Source of the DNA: a virus
Lineage: Duplodnaviria; Caudoviricetes
Length of the DNA stretch: 64,000 nucleotides
Virus record (IMG/VR): IMGVR_UViG_2710264778_000001
Coordinates: 64,001 to 128,000 of that record
Direction: 5' to 3' (one strand)
Part shown: positions 52,177 to 62,747 of the stretch, one piece after another
Layout of the letters: the number at the start of each line of letters is the position of its first letter
Numbering within the stretch: the first letter of the stretch is position 1
Position numbers and translations under genes: made by a program
The notes under the pieces: generated by a model
Databases searched by the model: none
What the model saw: the letters and a program-made list of their open reading frames with translations, nothing else
Told to the model about the DNA's origin: nothing

Positions 52177-53235
52177 ATGGAAATAACATTAAAACCAGAA
52201 GCAATACAATTAGGAAAAAGAGTTTATAATAGTAAAGATATAAATTCAGAGAGCAAAGATGGACAAGCTATTACAGAATTAGCACATAAAGCAATAAATG
52301 CAAATGGAACAATAAATAATTTACAAGCATTCAGAGACTTAAATCAATTAATTGTTACAACAGCAGAACAATTACAACAACCAAATAGACAACAATATAT
52401 TGATTTAGTTTCAGATTATAAAAAAGTAGGAGTTAATGACATTATGCAATATAATGTTGAAGATAAAATAACTAAAGTTACTACTGCCTTAACTGCAACT
52501 GGTACAGGAGTAAACTTTACTAAAGTACCATCTTTCACAAGCAGAGTGTATGCAACTCCTTATAAACACCAATTTGGTATTAAATATTCTATTTCAGAAA
52601 TGTATTCTGATCCAATTAACCAATTTAAAAATGCAGTAGATTTGGTTAATGAGGAAAAGGTAAGATACATATTATCACAAATCTTTGCAGTAGTTAGAGA
52701 AGCATCTGCTAATTCAAAAATACCTGCAAAACAAAAAAGTACAGTTGCTAATATTACATTCCAAGGATTCAAGGCTATAGAAACAGCTTTATTAAGATAT
52801 AGTAAAAATGTTAAGCCTGTAATGATCGCTGATACTGCTCTTATCGGTTCATTGGCTGATAAACAAGCTAGTGTTATGGTTACTGGTTCTACAACTGTTC
52901 CAATGTATTTAACAGATGATATGAGAAAGTCATTATTGACAGATACTACAATTGAGCAAATTTCAAAAACAGTTGCAATATCTATAGATAATCCATATAT
53001 AGATAATATGAATTCTAAAGTTGAATTGCCTGTAGATGAAGCTATTTTAATTGCTGGTGGTTCTGCTAGTCCAATTAAAGTAACAGAATTTGGAGATATG
53101 GCTTTACTTTCTGATATAATCCAACAACATATTGAAAGTGAAGAAGCATTCTTAAAGATAGCTTATAAAGTTGATGTAACTTTATTATTGAATAGAGCTA
53201 TTGGATACATTAAAGATACATCTGTAGTTCTTTAA
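52177..53235 (+). CDS. Major capsid protein
   Basis: 352 aa, after the scaffold and decoration genes, followed by a hairpin. Confidence 0.72.
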   Translation: MEITLKPEAIQLGKRVYNSKDINSESKDGQAITELAHKAINANGTINNLQAFRDLNQLIVTTAEQLQQPNRQQYIDLVSDYKKVGVNDIMQYNVEDKITKVTTALTATGTGVNFTKVPSFTSRVYATPYKHQFGIKYSISEMYSDPINQFKNAVDLVNEEKVRYILSQIFAVVREASANSKIPAKQKSTVANITFQGFKAIETALLRYSKNVKPVMIADTALIGSLADKQASVMVTGSTTVPMYLTDDMRKSLLTDTTIEQISKTVAISIDNPYIDNMNSKVELPVDEAILIAGGSASPIKVTEFGDMALLSDIIQQHIESEEAFLKIAYKVDVTLLLNRAIGYIKDTSVVL

Positions 53236-53328
53236 TAATAAATAAAATATAAGTAGGATTTGAAATATAATCCTACTTTAAATCTTATAATAGTTTAAAA
53301 TATTTATGAAATTAAGGAGAGAAATAAT

Positions 53329-53871
53329 ATGAGTAAAAATACAGTAACATTAATAAGGAAACAAGCTGATCCATTTGAGGTAAATTATCCATTTGCATTA
53401 CCTGATGGGAAATTAACACATTTTGATTGGACAGGAACAAAAAATGGAATTATGAGCAAAAGAGATGTACCAGTTGAAGTATTTCAATGGTTAAAAGATT
53501 TTACAACAACATTCACAAATGGTCACTTAATAGTAGAAGAAAAAGATAATGAAGAATTAGAAGAAGATGTAAAATATTTAGTTGAAGATGTTGAAGAAAA
53601 ACAATCTGAAATTAAAGGTGCAATAAAAACAAGAGAAGAAATTGAGAAAATGTTAACTACAGGAAATCAATTAGTATTAAAAAAAGAATTAGATAATTTA
53701 ATAAAAGATATAACTGATGAAGACCAAGTTAAAGAAGTTAAAAGTTATATATATAGAACTGCAATAGATATTGGGGTTGATTCTAATGCTAAAAGAAAGG
53801 TAATCTGTGAATGGTATGGATTATCTAATGTAGAAAATTGTGGTTGGATATTTGATGAAGAAACAAAATAA
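53329..53871 (+). CDS. Virion-module hypothetical protein
   Basis: Position (YonA-like). Confidence 0.6.
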   Translation: MSKNTVTLIRKQADPFEVNYPFALPDGKLTHFDWTGTKNGIMSKRDVPVEVFQWLKDFTTTFTNGHLIVEEKDNEELEEDVKYLVEDVEEKQSEIKGAIKTREEIEKMLTTGNQLVLKKELDNLIKDITDEDQVKEVKSYIYRTAIDIGVDSNAKRKVICEWYGLSNVENCGWIFDEETK

Positions 53872-53892
53872 TAAATAGGAAGGTGAGATATT

Positions 53893-54306
53893 ATGACTGT
53901 AACAGATTATGATACTATATGGGAAACCTTTCGAGATATCTCAGGATTAGATGATGAATTATTACCTTCTGATGAACAAGGAATATATTTAGAAATTCAT
54001 AATGCAGTAAGAAAGTATAATATCAAAACCGATGATAGTGAAGAAAAATTAACTTATTCAGATGAAACTGAAACATTGAATAAGTTTTTAGATGATAATA
54101 GATTACAATTACTCGCATTATTTATTAAACAAAATATATTACAAAGTAAATTAGAATATTTTGAACAATTACATCAATATGATTTAAAAGAAGTAAAAAG
54201 TAAATTTTACAGAGAACAAGTTTCTGCCAGACAATCCACTATAGAAAAGGTAGATAAAGAAATTAAAGAATTATTAAGTTATATGGATGATCATGATTTA
54301 AATTAA
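53893..54306 (+). CDS. Putative head-tail adaptor
   Basis: Position and size. Confidence 0.55.
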   Translation: MTVTDYDTIWETFRDISGLDDELLPSDEQGIYLEIHNAVRKYNIKTDDSEEKLTYSDETETLNKFLDDNRLQLLALFIKQNILQSKLEYFEQLHQYDLKEVKSKFYREQVSARQSTIEKVDKEIKELLSYMDDHDLN

Positions 54307-54307
54307 T

Positions 54308-55546
54308 ATGAAAAATTATCAAAATTATAAAAAACATGTTCAAGTTGATATGGTAAAGTATAGTGGAACTTTCCATTTCAACGAACAACTTAAACAAGAG
54401 GGAACTGATATAAAAATTAATGGAAAATCATCACAGGTTTTAGATGATATTGAAACTACTATAAGAGCTATAGTTAGAAATCATGGAAATGAATTTAATG
54501 AGTCAAAAGAAGAACGTTCAATAATGATTGATAAAAAATATGAATTTAAAGCAGGAGATTACGTAGAATATTTAGGAGATATTTATTTAACTAATAACTC
54601 TATTGATAAAGATAATCCATTTTTCAATACTGCTAAAATGACAAGATGTAACTATGTTTTAAAATGGATGGACGAGGGAGTTCTTAAAGAACAATCATGT
54701 ATCGTTTATAATAATACTAAAAATACTGGAGGTACAAAAACTTTAACTAGCGGTTTAACTGAAATTGACGCAATGGTAAATATAAATATACAAAATAATG
54801 AAGATACAAGAAAAATTAATTATGGTAAAAGATTATATACTATGAAAAATGCTTGGCAAGTTACATTAATTGATAATATAACTACTGAAAATACTTTTTC
54901 ATGGACACTTGGAAAAGATAGTTTGAATAGTGAGATAGATGATATAGTCAATGGTATATGTGATGCATTCGAACATTCATATGCAATATCGCTCAACTCT
55001 AACAATCAAACATTAGTTGAAACAGAAACATATAAAATAGTTCCTAATGTAACTGATAAGGGTGTAACAGTAACAAATCCAAAAGTAAATTATACTTCAT
55101 CTGATGAAAATATAGCAAAAGTTGATAGCACAGGATTAGTAACAGCTTTATCAGTAGGTAGTTGTATAATTACTTGTAGTATTGGAACTGTAAATTCTGT
55201 ATTAAATTTAAATGTCAATGAAAAACCTATATCGCCAGTAGTTAGTTATAGTACAAATTGGAGTCAAGGAACAAATATTAAACAATTTGTTACATCTACA
55301 TTAAGTTGTATCAAAACAATTAGTGGAGTAGCAGATTCAACATTACATATAGATTATAGCTTTGATACAAATGCTCAAACACTTATTAATGCTGGCAAAA
55401 TAGTTGTTACTAGAAAATCTGATAGTTCTATATCTATAAAGAATGTATCTGTGACTACATCTACTAATATTTATTTAACTGTTACAGATTCAGTTAATAA
55501 TACTAAAATATTAGATAATCAGCAAATAACTTTAACAGGAATGTAA
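54308..55546 (+). CDS. Head-closure protein with an Ig-like (Big_2) domain
   Basis: YTSSDENIAKVDSTGLVTALSVG. Confidence 0.75.
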   Translation: MKNYQNYKKHVQVDMVKYSGTFHFNEQLKQEGTDIKINGKSSQVLDDIETTIRAIVRNHGNEFNESKEERSIMIDKKYEFKAGDYVEYLGDIYLTNNSIDKDNPFFNTAKMTRCNYVLKWMDEGVLKEQSCIVYNNTKNTGGTKTLTSGLTEIDAMVNINIQNNEDTRKINYGKRLYTMKNAWQVTLIDNITTENTFSWTLGKDSLNSEIDDIVNGICDAFEHSYAISLNSNNQTLVETETYKIVPNVTDKGVTVTNPKVNYTSSDENIAKVDSTGLVTALSVGSCIITCSIGTVNSVLNLNVNEKPISPVVSYSTNWSQGTNIKQFVTSTLSCIKTISGVADSTLHIDYSFDTNAQTLINAGKIVVTRKSDSSISIKNVSVTTSTNIYLTVTDSVNNTKILDNQQITLTGM

Positions 55547-55623
55547 ATAAAATATAACTAAGTTATAAGTTAATAAAACGGATGTTTTATATGGAAAATA
55601 AATAAAAAGGAGGATAGTAATAC

Positions 55624-56208
55624 ATGGGAAACGAATTAGATAATTATCAAGATTTTAAAAAATTCATTAAGACATTTTTTTTGACAGATATGGATTTATG
55701 GAAGATAGTTTACTATCCTCAAATATCACCCTTGGATGGAGAAGATCCAGAAAATCCATATGATATCTTTGACAGCTCTACAGCAACTAATGAAAATGAC
55801 AAAGAAATACATGGAGTTGTTATTTTTAGGCAAAAAAATGATGAAATTTTAAATGCAAGCATTCCAATTATACTTATAGATTTCAAAAGTTTACCTAAAG
55901 GAAGTTATAAAGAATATAACAATATATATATAAATTTTAGAATAATATGCAAAGGAAGTTATATTCAAGATATACAATATAAAGACGATATTAATAATCG
56001 AATTTCAGTCATTGCAGAATTAATTGATAATAATTTTAACAAATCAATGATTAATGGACTCGGTGAGGTTAAGAGAATTAGTTATGATTCTATACCTATC
56101 AACGAAGAAAACGAAGGTTTTTCATTAACTTATAAAGCAAGTTCTTTTTCTTATAATTTTATAAATAATAAAAATATACAAAAAAGAATTAGAGGTGAAT
56201 ATTTTTGA
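55624..56208 (+). CDS. Putative tail terminator/completion protein
   Basis: Position before the tail tube gene. Confidence 0.5.
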   Translation: MGNELDNYQDFKKFIKTFFLTDMDLWKIVYYPQISPLDGEDPENPYDIFDSSTATNENDKEIHGVVIFRQKNDEILNASIPIILIDFKSLPKGSYKEYNNIYINFRIICKGSYIQDIQYKDDINNRISVIAELIDNNFNKSMINGLGEVKRISYDSIPINEENEGFSLTYKASSFSYNFINNKNIQKRIRGEYF

Positions 56209-57068
56209 TTAATGAAGAAACTCTTAAATATAATTTGATTAGAGGATTAGATATTCAATATATTGATAAAGATAATCAAATTATAAATATAAAACAGCCT
56301 AAAATAGCCGATATAGATGAAAGTTTATTATCATATCTTACTTATACATATATTTTTAGATTACAAAAAGAGCATTTGGAATTTTATGATGAGATATCAG
56401 AAAAATTGAATGGAAAATCTTTGTTTGAGTCTATATTAATTCATGAAGAATATTGCAAACAAAAGAATGATTTTAATCCAATGAATTCATATATTATAAA
56501 ACTAATTTGTTCAATATCTTTCTTTTTAGGTATAAAAGATTTCAAAAAAATTGGATTTTCAAAAGATAGACAAAGTATCGAAGTTTATGATTTTAAAGAA
56601 AACAATGGAGAATTATATAAAGTCATTATCTTTAAATTAGATAATAATAATTTTGATGAGTTTGCTGAATTAATTAGAACTATTACTTGTAGTGATATTC
56701 TTGAGGTTGAAAAGAAAATGAAAAAAGTACTTTACTCTGATCCAAGTGTTCAGAAGATGTATGAAGATTTATTAGAGCAATATAAAAATAATGAAGAAAA
56801 AACAAAAGAAGAAAATAATATTACAATTTCAGATGTTATAGGAGCTATATGTATAAATGAGAATTCAAAATATAAATATAGTGATATAAAAGATTTAACT
56901 ATATGGCAGGTATTTTATCAATTTAATTCTATGTTTACAAAAGAAAATATAGAAATTATAAAATCACAATTTACTTCAGGTAATTTTAGTTTTGATAAAA
57001 CACCAGATTTAAATTGGCTAAATAAAATAAAAATTAAGATACCAGAAGATGCTAGAATAACAAAATAA
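56205..57068 (+). CDS. Tail-module protein (possible assembly chaperone)
   Basis: IKDLTIWQVFYQF motif; position. Confidence 0.55.
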   Translation: MINEETLKYNLIRGLDIQYIDKDNQIINIKQPKIADIDESLLSYLTYTYIFRLQKEHLEFYDEISEKLNGKSLFESILIHEEYCKQKNDFNPMNSYIIKLICSISFFLGIKDFKKIGFSKDRQSIEVYDFKENNGELYKVIIFKLDNNNFDEFAELIRTITCSDILEVEKKMKKVLYSDPSVQKMYEDLLEQYKNNEEKTKEENNITISDVIGAICINENSKYKYSDIKDLTIWQVFYQFNSMFTKENIEIIKSQFTSGNFSFDKTPDLNWLNKIKIKIPEDARITK

Positions 57069-57150
57069 AAATGAATGATTAAACTTTTATAAATATAAGA
57101 GTTTTTTTATTATATAAAAATTGAAAACAAATTAAAGGAGGAATTTATAT

Positions 57151-58224
57151 ATGTCAAATATCTTTGAAAGATTCGGGATTTTGAATGCTTCAGAAATTAA
57201 ATTATTTAGCAAAAGTACCGATAAACTAATATTAAAAATATTACAAGGAAATTCATTATCATTAGAGGTGAAATCTGATTCTAAAAGTGCTAAAGAGCAG
57301 GGTGTTGAAGCAATTACTTGGAATTTAGCTAAAACTGGAAGTATGAAACTATCTACTGAAACAACTTCTTTTGCACAACTAGCAGAAGCATTAGGTAGTA
57401 ATGGATTGAAGCTAAATACAGATTCAGAGACTTATGATAGAAGTGAAACTTTTACTGTAACAAGCAATGGTTCAATTACTATTAATTTAGCAAATGAGCC
57501 TATGGTAAGTTCTGTAGTTAGTTTTCATAAACTTACATTAGATGGGGAACTTGGTGATGAACTTACGGCTGTAGTAGATGTTACAGATAAAAAGAAATTC
57601 ACTATTACAGATTCTAAGTTAAAAATTAATGATATTATTGAAGTAAATTATATTGAATCTTTAACTGCTGGAAAGGTGTATACATTTAAAGTAAGTGGGA
57701 AAGGTGGAAATACAGAAGCTAGAAGACTTGTTGCAAATGTATTATGTAAGAATAGAGTTGATGGCTCAATGAGAGTAATGCAATTAGTTGTGCCTAATGT
57801 TGTTCTTGAAAATTCAATGACTTTAACTTTTGATGCTGATACTCCTAGTAAGTTCGAGTTGACATTAAAAGTTATGGCTGATGCGATTTTAAAAGACGAA
57901 AATGGAGACCCATTATTTTTCGAATTAAAATCTTTATCTGATATAGTTGGAACTATAACTCCAATTACTGATTTAATAGCTACACCAGCAGATGATTCAG
58001 CGACATTTACATTTACAGCTCCAACTGGTGCTTCAAGTGTTAAACTTATGATTAAAAAGTCATCAGATAGCACATATGTTGATTCAGGAATTTCTCTAAC
58101 AAACGTTTCTACAACCGTAACTGTTTCTGGTTTAGTGGATGCAACATCATACAATGCTAAATTAATAGTAGTAGGTGGAGAACATGAAGGAGAATCCAAT
58201 GTTGTAACATTCACAACTTTATAG
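57151..58224 (+). CDS. Major tail tube protein with a C-terminal FN3 domain
   Basis: PSKFELTLKV; FN3 pattern VSGL..ATSY...GESNVVTFTT. Confidence 0.72.
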   Translation: MSNIFERFGILNASEIKLFSKSTDKLILKILQGNSLSLEVKSDSKSAKEQGVEAITWNLAKTGSMKLSTETTSFAQLAEALGSNGLKLNTDSETYDRSETFTVTSNGSITINLANEPMVSSVVSFHKLTLDGELGDELTAVVDVTDKKKFTITDSKLKINDIIEVNYIESLTAGKVYTFKVSGKGGNTEARRLVANVLCKNRVDGSMRVMQLVVPNVVLENSMTLTFDADTPSKFELTLKVMADAILKDENGDPLFFELKSLSDIVGTITPITDLIATPADDSATFTFTAPTGASSVKLMIKKSSDSTYVDSGISLTNVSTTVTVSGLVDATSYNAKLIVVGGEHEGESNVVTFTTL

Positions 58225-58310
58225 TGTTAATATTAAGGACATGCTTAGGCGTGTCTTTACATTAGTTTTATAAAAACAAAATATAAGTAATTAAGAGGAA
58301 GTGAAATAGC

Positions 58311-58757
58311 ATGAGTGAATTTAATTCGGTTGAAGATTTTTATACTCAATTACAAACTAACATTGGTGAAACATTAAGAGACGAAGCAGAAAAAATAAAA
58401 GAAATTATTCAAGACTATATGGTTACCGTTATTTATACTTCTTATGCTCCAGAAATATATGAAAGAACCTACGAACTACTTAATTCAATAATTATAGATT
58501 ATAGAATAAGTGGAAGTGAGTATATTGCTGAAATTAAAATTGATCCACAAATGTTGCAATCTCCATCAAATTCATATAATGAAAATCCTTTGCCAATTAC
58601 CGAAATAGCCGAATTATTTGCAGAAGGTAGAGGTTATAAAAGAAACGGAAGAAAGATGGATGTGATTGGAGATACATATGAAAATTATGTGGAAGTTGGG
58701 AATGCACTAAAAGACATCATAGGCATGTTAAAATCAAAAGGATACGATTTTGAATAA
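58311..58757 (+). CDS. Tail/neck-associated protein
   Basis: YAPEIYERTYELLNSI motif. Confidence 0.6.
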   Translation: MSEFNSVEDFYTQLQTNIGETLRDEAEKIKEIIQDYMVTVIYTSYAPEIYERTYELLNSIIIDYRISGSEYIAEIKIDPQMLQSPSNSYNENPLPITEIAELFAEGRGYKRNGRKMDVIGDTYENYVEVGNALKDIIGMLKSKGYDFE

Positions 58758-58938
58758 GAAATAATATTAATAATGGATATCTTATATGGTATCCATAAAT
58801 AAATATTATTAATACAAATAAAATATAAATAAGTATTGACTTTAATTTGAGTTGAGTGTATAGTAAACATTGTAAAGGAAATATAAACCTTTATAAATAA
58901 AATATATATAATAAATTTAAATTAAAGGAGAGAAAGAA

Positions 58939-59874
58939 ATGGAACAAAACAAAGTTGTAAGAAACAATATTAATAAGAATGAAAGAATGACTAAAGGAAA
59001 TGTTTATATTATGGTTAATACAGATACTAGAAATATAAAAATAGGTAAAAGTGCAAATGTAGATGAAAGACTAAAGTCATTAAATGGAGCATATAAAATG
59101 CTTGGAGAAAAACCTAGAATTGAATTATTATATTCAGTAAGATGTGAGGATGATTTAAAACTAGAACGTCATTTACATAGACATTTCAAAGATTTTAATG
59201 TACAGAATGAATGGTTTAGCATAAATCCTAAAAATGTAATAGATTATATAGAAACATTAGATATGAATGATTTTTGCAAAAAAGAAGAGAAAAATTTTGA
59301 TTTTAGCAATGGAATAAAATATATTATAGAAGATATAAAATATGAAATATCTATTTTGGAATTCAAATCATATAAACAACAATTATATGTTACGCCTTAT
59401 TACATTATTGCTTTTTATGAAAAATATTTTAGAAAAAGCAATTTGCTATCAAATATATTAAGTTTAAAAAAATGTTTAGACAATATGAATTATTATAATA
59501 GAGATATTTTTTATATTATAAGAAATAATGAGTTTTATATATCTTGCTATTTTTGCGTTTTATATATGAAAATATTTATCAATAAAGAAATGGTTAAAGA
59601 ATCTTTTATAGAAAAAATATGTAGTGAAATTATTGAAGATTTCAAAGAAGAGATAATAAAAGTAAACTATTATAATGAAATAGATACTCTTATAGAAGTC
59701 AATCTAGATGGATATCCAATTGAAGAGTATAAAAGAGCAGAAACCATATTATTACAGTTATTAGGAGACTATTATACATTTCAAGAAGTCCCTATTGATA
59801 AATTTAAGAGTGCTGATCTAGAGAGTTTAGTATGTAACATTTGTGAAAATATAAAACTTTCATGCAAATTATAA
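58939..59874 (+). CDS. T5orf172/GIY-YIG-superfamily domain protein
   Basis: VYIM...IKIGKS..VDERL...LERHLHRHF...NEWF. Confidence 0.85.
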   Translation: MEQNKVVRNNINKNERMTKGNVYIMVNTDTRNIKIGKSANVDERLKSLNGAYKMLGEKPRIELLYSVRCEDDLKLERHLHRHFKDFNVQNEWFSINPKNVIDYIETLDMNDFCKKEEKNFDFSNGIKYIIEDIKYEISILEFKSYKQQLYVTPYYIIAFYEKYFRKSNLLSNILSLKKCLDNMNYYNRDIFYIIRNNEFYISCYFCVLYMKIFINKEMVKESFIEKICSEIIEDFKEEIIKVNYYNEIDTLIEVNLDGYPIEEYKRAETILLQLLGDYYTFQEVPIDKFKSADLESLVCNICENIKLSCKL

Positions 59875-60135
59875 ACAAAATATAAAATAATAACCATAGA
59901 ACGGATTGAATTTAATGACTAAAATATTTGAGACTAGAATTTTTCAATAAGGTTCTAGTCTTTAAAATTATAATCACCTTTTGTAAAAATTTAACTAACG
60001 ATTTAAATACATAATATTGTAAATAAGTGGTAACATATTTATAAGATAATACGATTAAAAAGTATTAACTGAATATTATATCCATTATGAATTGTATTTA
60101 TACATAATGAGATAAAAAATCGTTCGACAAAACTA

Positions 60136-60417
60136 TTGCATATTATGGTAAAAGGTGGTATATTCATGAATATAAAGAGGTATAAAAAAAATATTATTAC
60201 AAGAAATATCAGAAAAGAAAAAACCATTACAGAACAAATCAATCAAGTTGGAGGTGTTAATATGAATGCTAGAATACAAGAATTACAAAAAAAGTTATCA
60301 TTAAATATGAATAAAGCAGTATTGTTAGCAGAAAAAAACACTATCAGAAATGAACAAGGATATGTAGTATTACGTAAAGATGATGAGTGGAGAGATGAGG
60401 ATGAGTGGGAAGAGTAA
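60136..60417 (+). CDS. Putative antitoxin (true start probably 60262, MNARIQ)
   Basis: GGAGG RBS before 60262; acidic C-terminus DDEWRDEDEWEE; overlaps the toxin gene. Confidence 0.55.
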   Translation: MHIMVKGGIFMNIKRYKKNIITRNIRKEKTITEQINQVGGVNMNARIQELQKKLSLNMNKAVLLAEKNTIRNEQGYVVLRKDDEWRDEDEWEE

Positions 60418-60796
60418 AAAGAAAGATATACAACCGCAAGAAGTGTGGTATGTTAATTTTCCTTTTGAGGAGAATCCCAACATAAAGAAAAGAAGACCAG
60501 TTGTGGTTTTAGGAAAAACAGAAGACAAAGTAACTGTAGCAGGATTAGAAGTAGATGCTTATTTAAGTGTTAAGATTACAAGTCATACTGAACGAAAAGA
60601 AGATGAATATGATACAATAATAGTCAAATGGAAAGAAGCTAATTTAAAAAAGGAATCGGTGGCAAGAGTTTCAAAAACGATAATTTTACCTAAAAGTCAA
60701 TTTATTGATAAAGTTGGAATTGCAGATGATGAAGATTTTGAAAATATACTAACTAAATACATAGAATTAACTGAATCATTCGATGATAGAACTTAG
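60380..60796 (+). CDS. PemK/MazF-family toxin
   Basis: EVWYVNFPFEE...KRRPVVVL...ITS...LKKESVAR. Confidence 0.85.
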   Translation: MMSGEMRMSGKSKKKDIQPQEVWYVNFPFEENPNIKKRRPVVVLGKTEDKVTVAGLEVDAYLSVKITSHTERKEDEYDTIIVKWKEANLKKESVARVSKTIILPKSQFIDKVGIADDEDFENILTKYIELTESFDDRT

Positions 60797-60924
60797 TAAA
60801 AGTAATACAATCTTTGCTGAGTTCTTTTTATTATAAAAATATCTTGACCTTATCCGATTTTCGTATAATAATGTTATTATAGAGTTAATTTACTAGTTGT
60901 GGTATAATATTCTATAATTAGACA

Positions 60925-61788
60925 TTGTTTAAAGGGGATGAGTTAATGAAGAATATTTTTATAAGAAAATTAATGGCTTTGACTATTGCAACTACAACAG
61001 TTTTAGGATTTGGTTCTGTAACTGCACATGCTGAATGGAGACAAGATAATAATGGATGGTGGAATACTGAAGGAAATTCATATTCTACTGGTTGGAAAGA
61101 TATAAATTCAAAATGGTATTACTTTAATCCAAATGGATATATGAAAACAGGTTGGTTAAGTGATAATGGCAAATGGTATTATTTAAAAGATGATGGTTCA
61201 ATGGCGGTTAATGAGACTGTAAATGGTCAATATAAAGTAGATAATAATGGAGTATGGATACAAAATACCACTGTGAATTCTAACAATACAAGTACTGTAA
61301 ATAATTCAGTTTCAAGCACAAGTAATAGTAATAATATGACTAATTTGACTAATAATATTGATAATAGTACAAATACAAATAGTTCGACAAGTTTAAATAA
61401 CACAGGAAACATAACAAATAATGGAGCTATAAACAATGGACAAATAAATACAACAAACAATGTTGATATTAATGTTGATAACACAAGTAAGGCTAAAGAA
61501 GATTATTATAAAGAATTAAAAAAACAACAAAAGAAAAGTAATGAAACATTAAAATTATATTATGAAAATCAATTAGATAGTGCTAAAAGTGATTTAAAAC
61601 AAGCTCAAACAGATCTAGAAAGAATAAAGACTCAAAAAACTGTTCAGACACTTAAACAACAAGATGATGGTTCTTGGCAATATGTTTATGAAGTAGATCA
61701 AGAGAAAGTTAGATATCATGAAAAACAAGTAGATAGTTATCAAAAACTTGTTGATTATTATGAGAAATTAGTAAAACAATATTCTTAA
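60925..61788 (+). CDS. Secreted cell-wall-binding (choline-binding repeat) protein
   Basis: Signal peptide AHAEW; KWYYFNPNGYMKTGW repeats; Asn/Thr/Ser linker. Confidence 0.88.
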   Translation: MFKGDELMKNIFIRKLMALTIATTTVLGFGSVTAHAEWRQDNNGWWNTEGNSYSTGWKDINSKWYYFNPNGYMKTGWLSDNGKWYYLKDDGSMAVNETVNGQYKVDNNGVWIQNTTVNSNNTSTVNNSVSSTSNSNNMTNLTNNIDNSTNTNSSTSLNNTGNITNNGAINNGQINTTNNVDINVDNTSKAKEDYYKELKKQQKKSNETLKLYYENQLDSAKSDLKQAQTDLERIKTQKTVQTLKQQDDGSWQYVYEVDQEKVRYHEKQVDSYQKLVDYYEKLVKQYS

Positions 61789-61840
61789 AATAAATATATA
61801 AGAAAAAAACGAGTATAATTAACTACTCGTTTTTCTTATA

Positions 61841-62635
61841 TTAGGGATTACATTTCATATTTATAATTTGATATTTATAAGGAGAATTTGTATCAACGAT
61901 TACAGGAATTTTAAAAGACCAGATTTCGCCACTTTTTAAACTTGTAATATTAGCAATAGGAGTATCTAAAATATCTCCATTATTATTGGTAATTTTAGCT
62001 TGTACTTCAACATAAGAACAATTATAACTATTATTATTTTTAATTTTCCCTGTGATATAATAACCATCATTACTTACATTGTGGTTCAATAACTCTAAGC
62101 CATTCATAGTAAAACTTTGTGAGTTAGATTTTGGTTGAGTATTAGTTGTAGTTTTGGTATTTGAAGTCTTTGCCCCAATAAAATTTAATAAATATATTTG
62201 GTTATAGTTAAGATTTTCAGTATCAAATTTTATTAAACTCTTATTAATAGTTGGTTTCATTCCATTAAATAGTTCAAAATATTTAGCAGGGGAATTCTTT
62301 GTGTCAGATGTTTTTTCTAAAACTATATTTAAAACTTTATTATAAAGTAATTGATTGTCATCTAATTTATAATTAGCATCTATATCATTATTACGTAGTA
62401 ATGTATTACATTCTTTAATGTTGTCATGGTTTAAATTATCAATAAATTCATCTACAATTTTTTTGTCTTTAGTCTTTTTTAATAATTCATCATTTTCAAC
62501 TTTTTGAAGTTGCTCTTTTTGAATATAATTTAAATTAGATTTAATGCCTAGTACAATTATTATTATAAATATTAAAGATAATATTAAAACTATAATTTTT
62601 TGTTTTGAAAGTAAATTTATTTTGAATTTTCTCAT
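61841..62635 (-). CDS. Membrane-anchored FxLYD-domain protein
   Basis: N-terminal TM helix; ITGKIKNN...YVEV...LKSGEIWSF. Confidence 0.78.
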   Translation of the reverse strand: MRKFKINLLSKQKIIVLILSLIFIIIIVLGIKSNLNYIQKEQLQKVENDELLKKTKDKKIVDEFIDNLNHDNIKECNTLLRNNDIDANYKLDDNQLLYNKVLNIVLEKTSDTKNSPAKYFELFNGMKPTINKSLIKFDTENLNYNQIYLLNFIGAKTSNTKTTTNTQPKSNSQSFTMNGLELLNHNVSNDGYYITGKIKNNNSYNCSYVEVQAKITNNNGDILDTPIANITSLKSGEIWSFKIPVIVDTNSPYKYQIINMKCNP

Positions 62636-62747
62636 ATTATTCCTCTCTTTATAAAAATATGTTTGATATCAATATTATAACATATTTTTAGCAGTTTTAG
62701 GAAAAATAAAAATTTTATTTTGAAATATGTAAAACTAGCTAATTTTG

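Noticed and set aside
957-61484. Numerous short opposite-strand ORFs (e.g. 957, 1671, 8625, 11993, 17164, 18634, 24101, 24389, 35462, 46679, 57648, 61227)
   Set aside because: They overlap well-supported genes in antisense, are Phe/Leu/Ser/Ile-biased and lack an RBS
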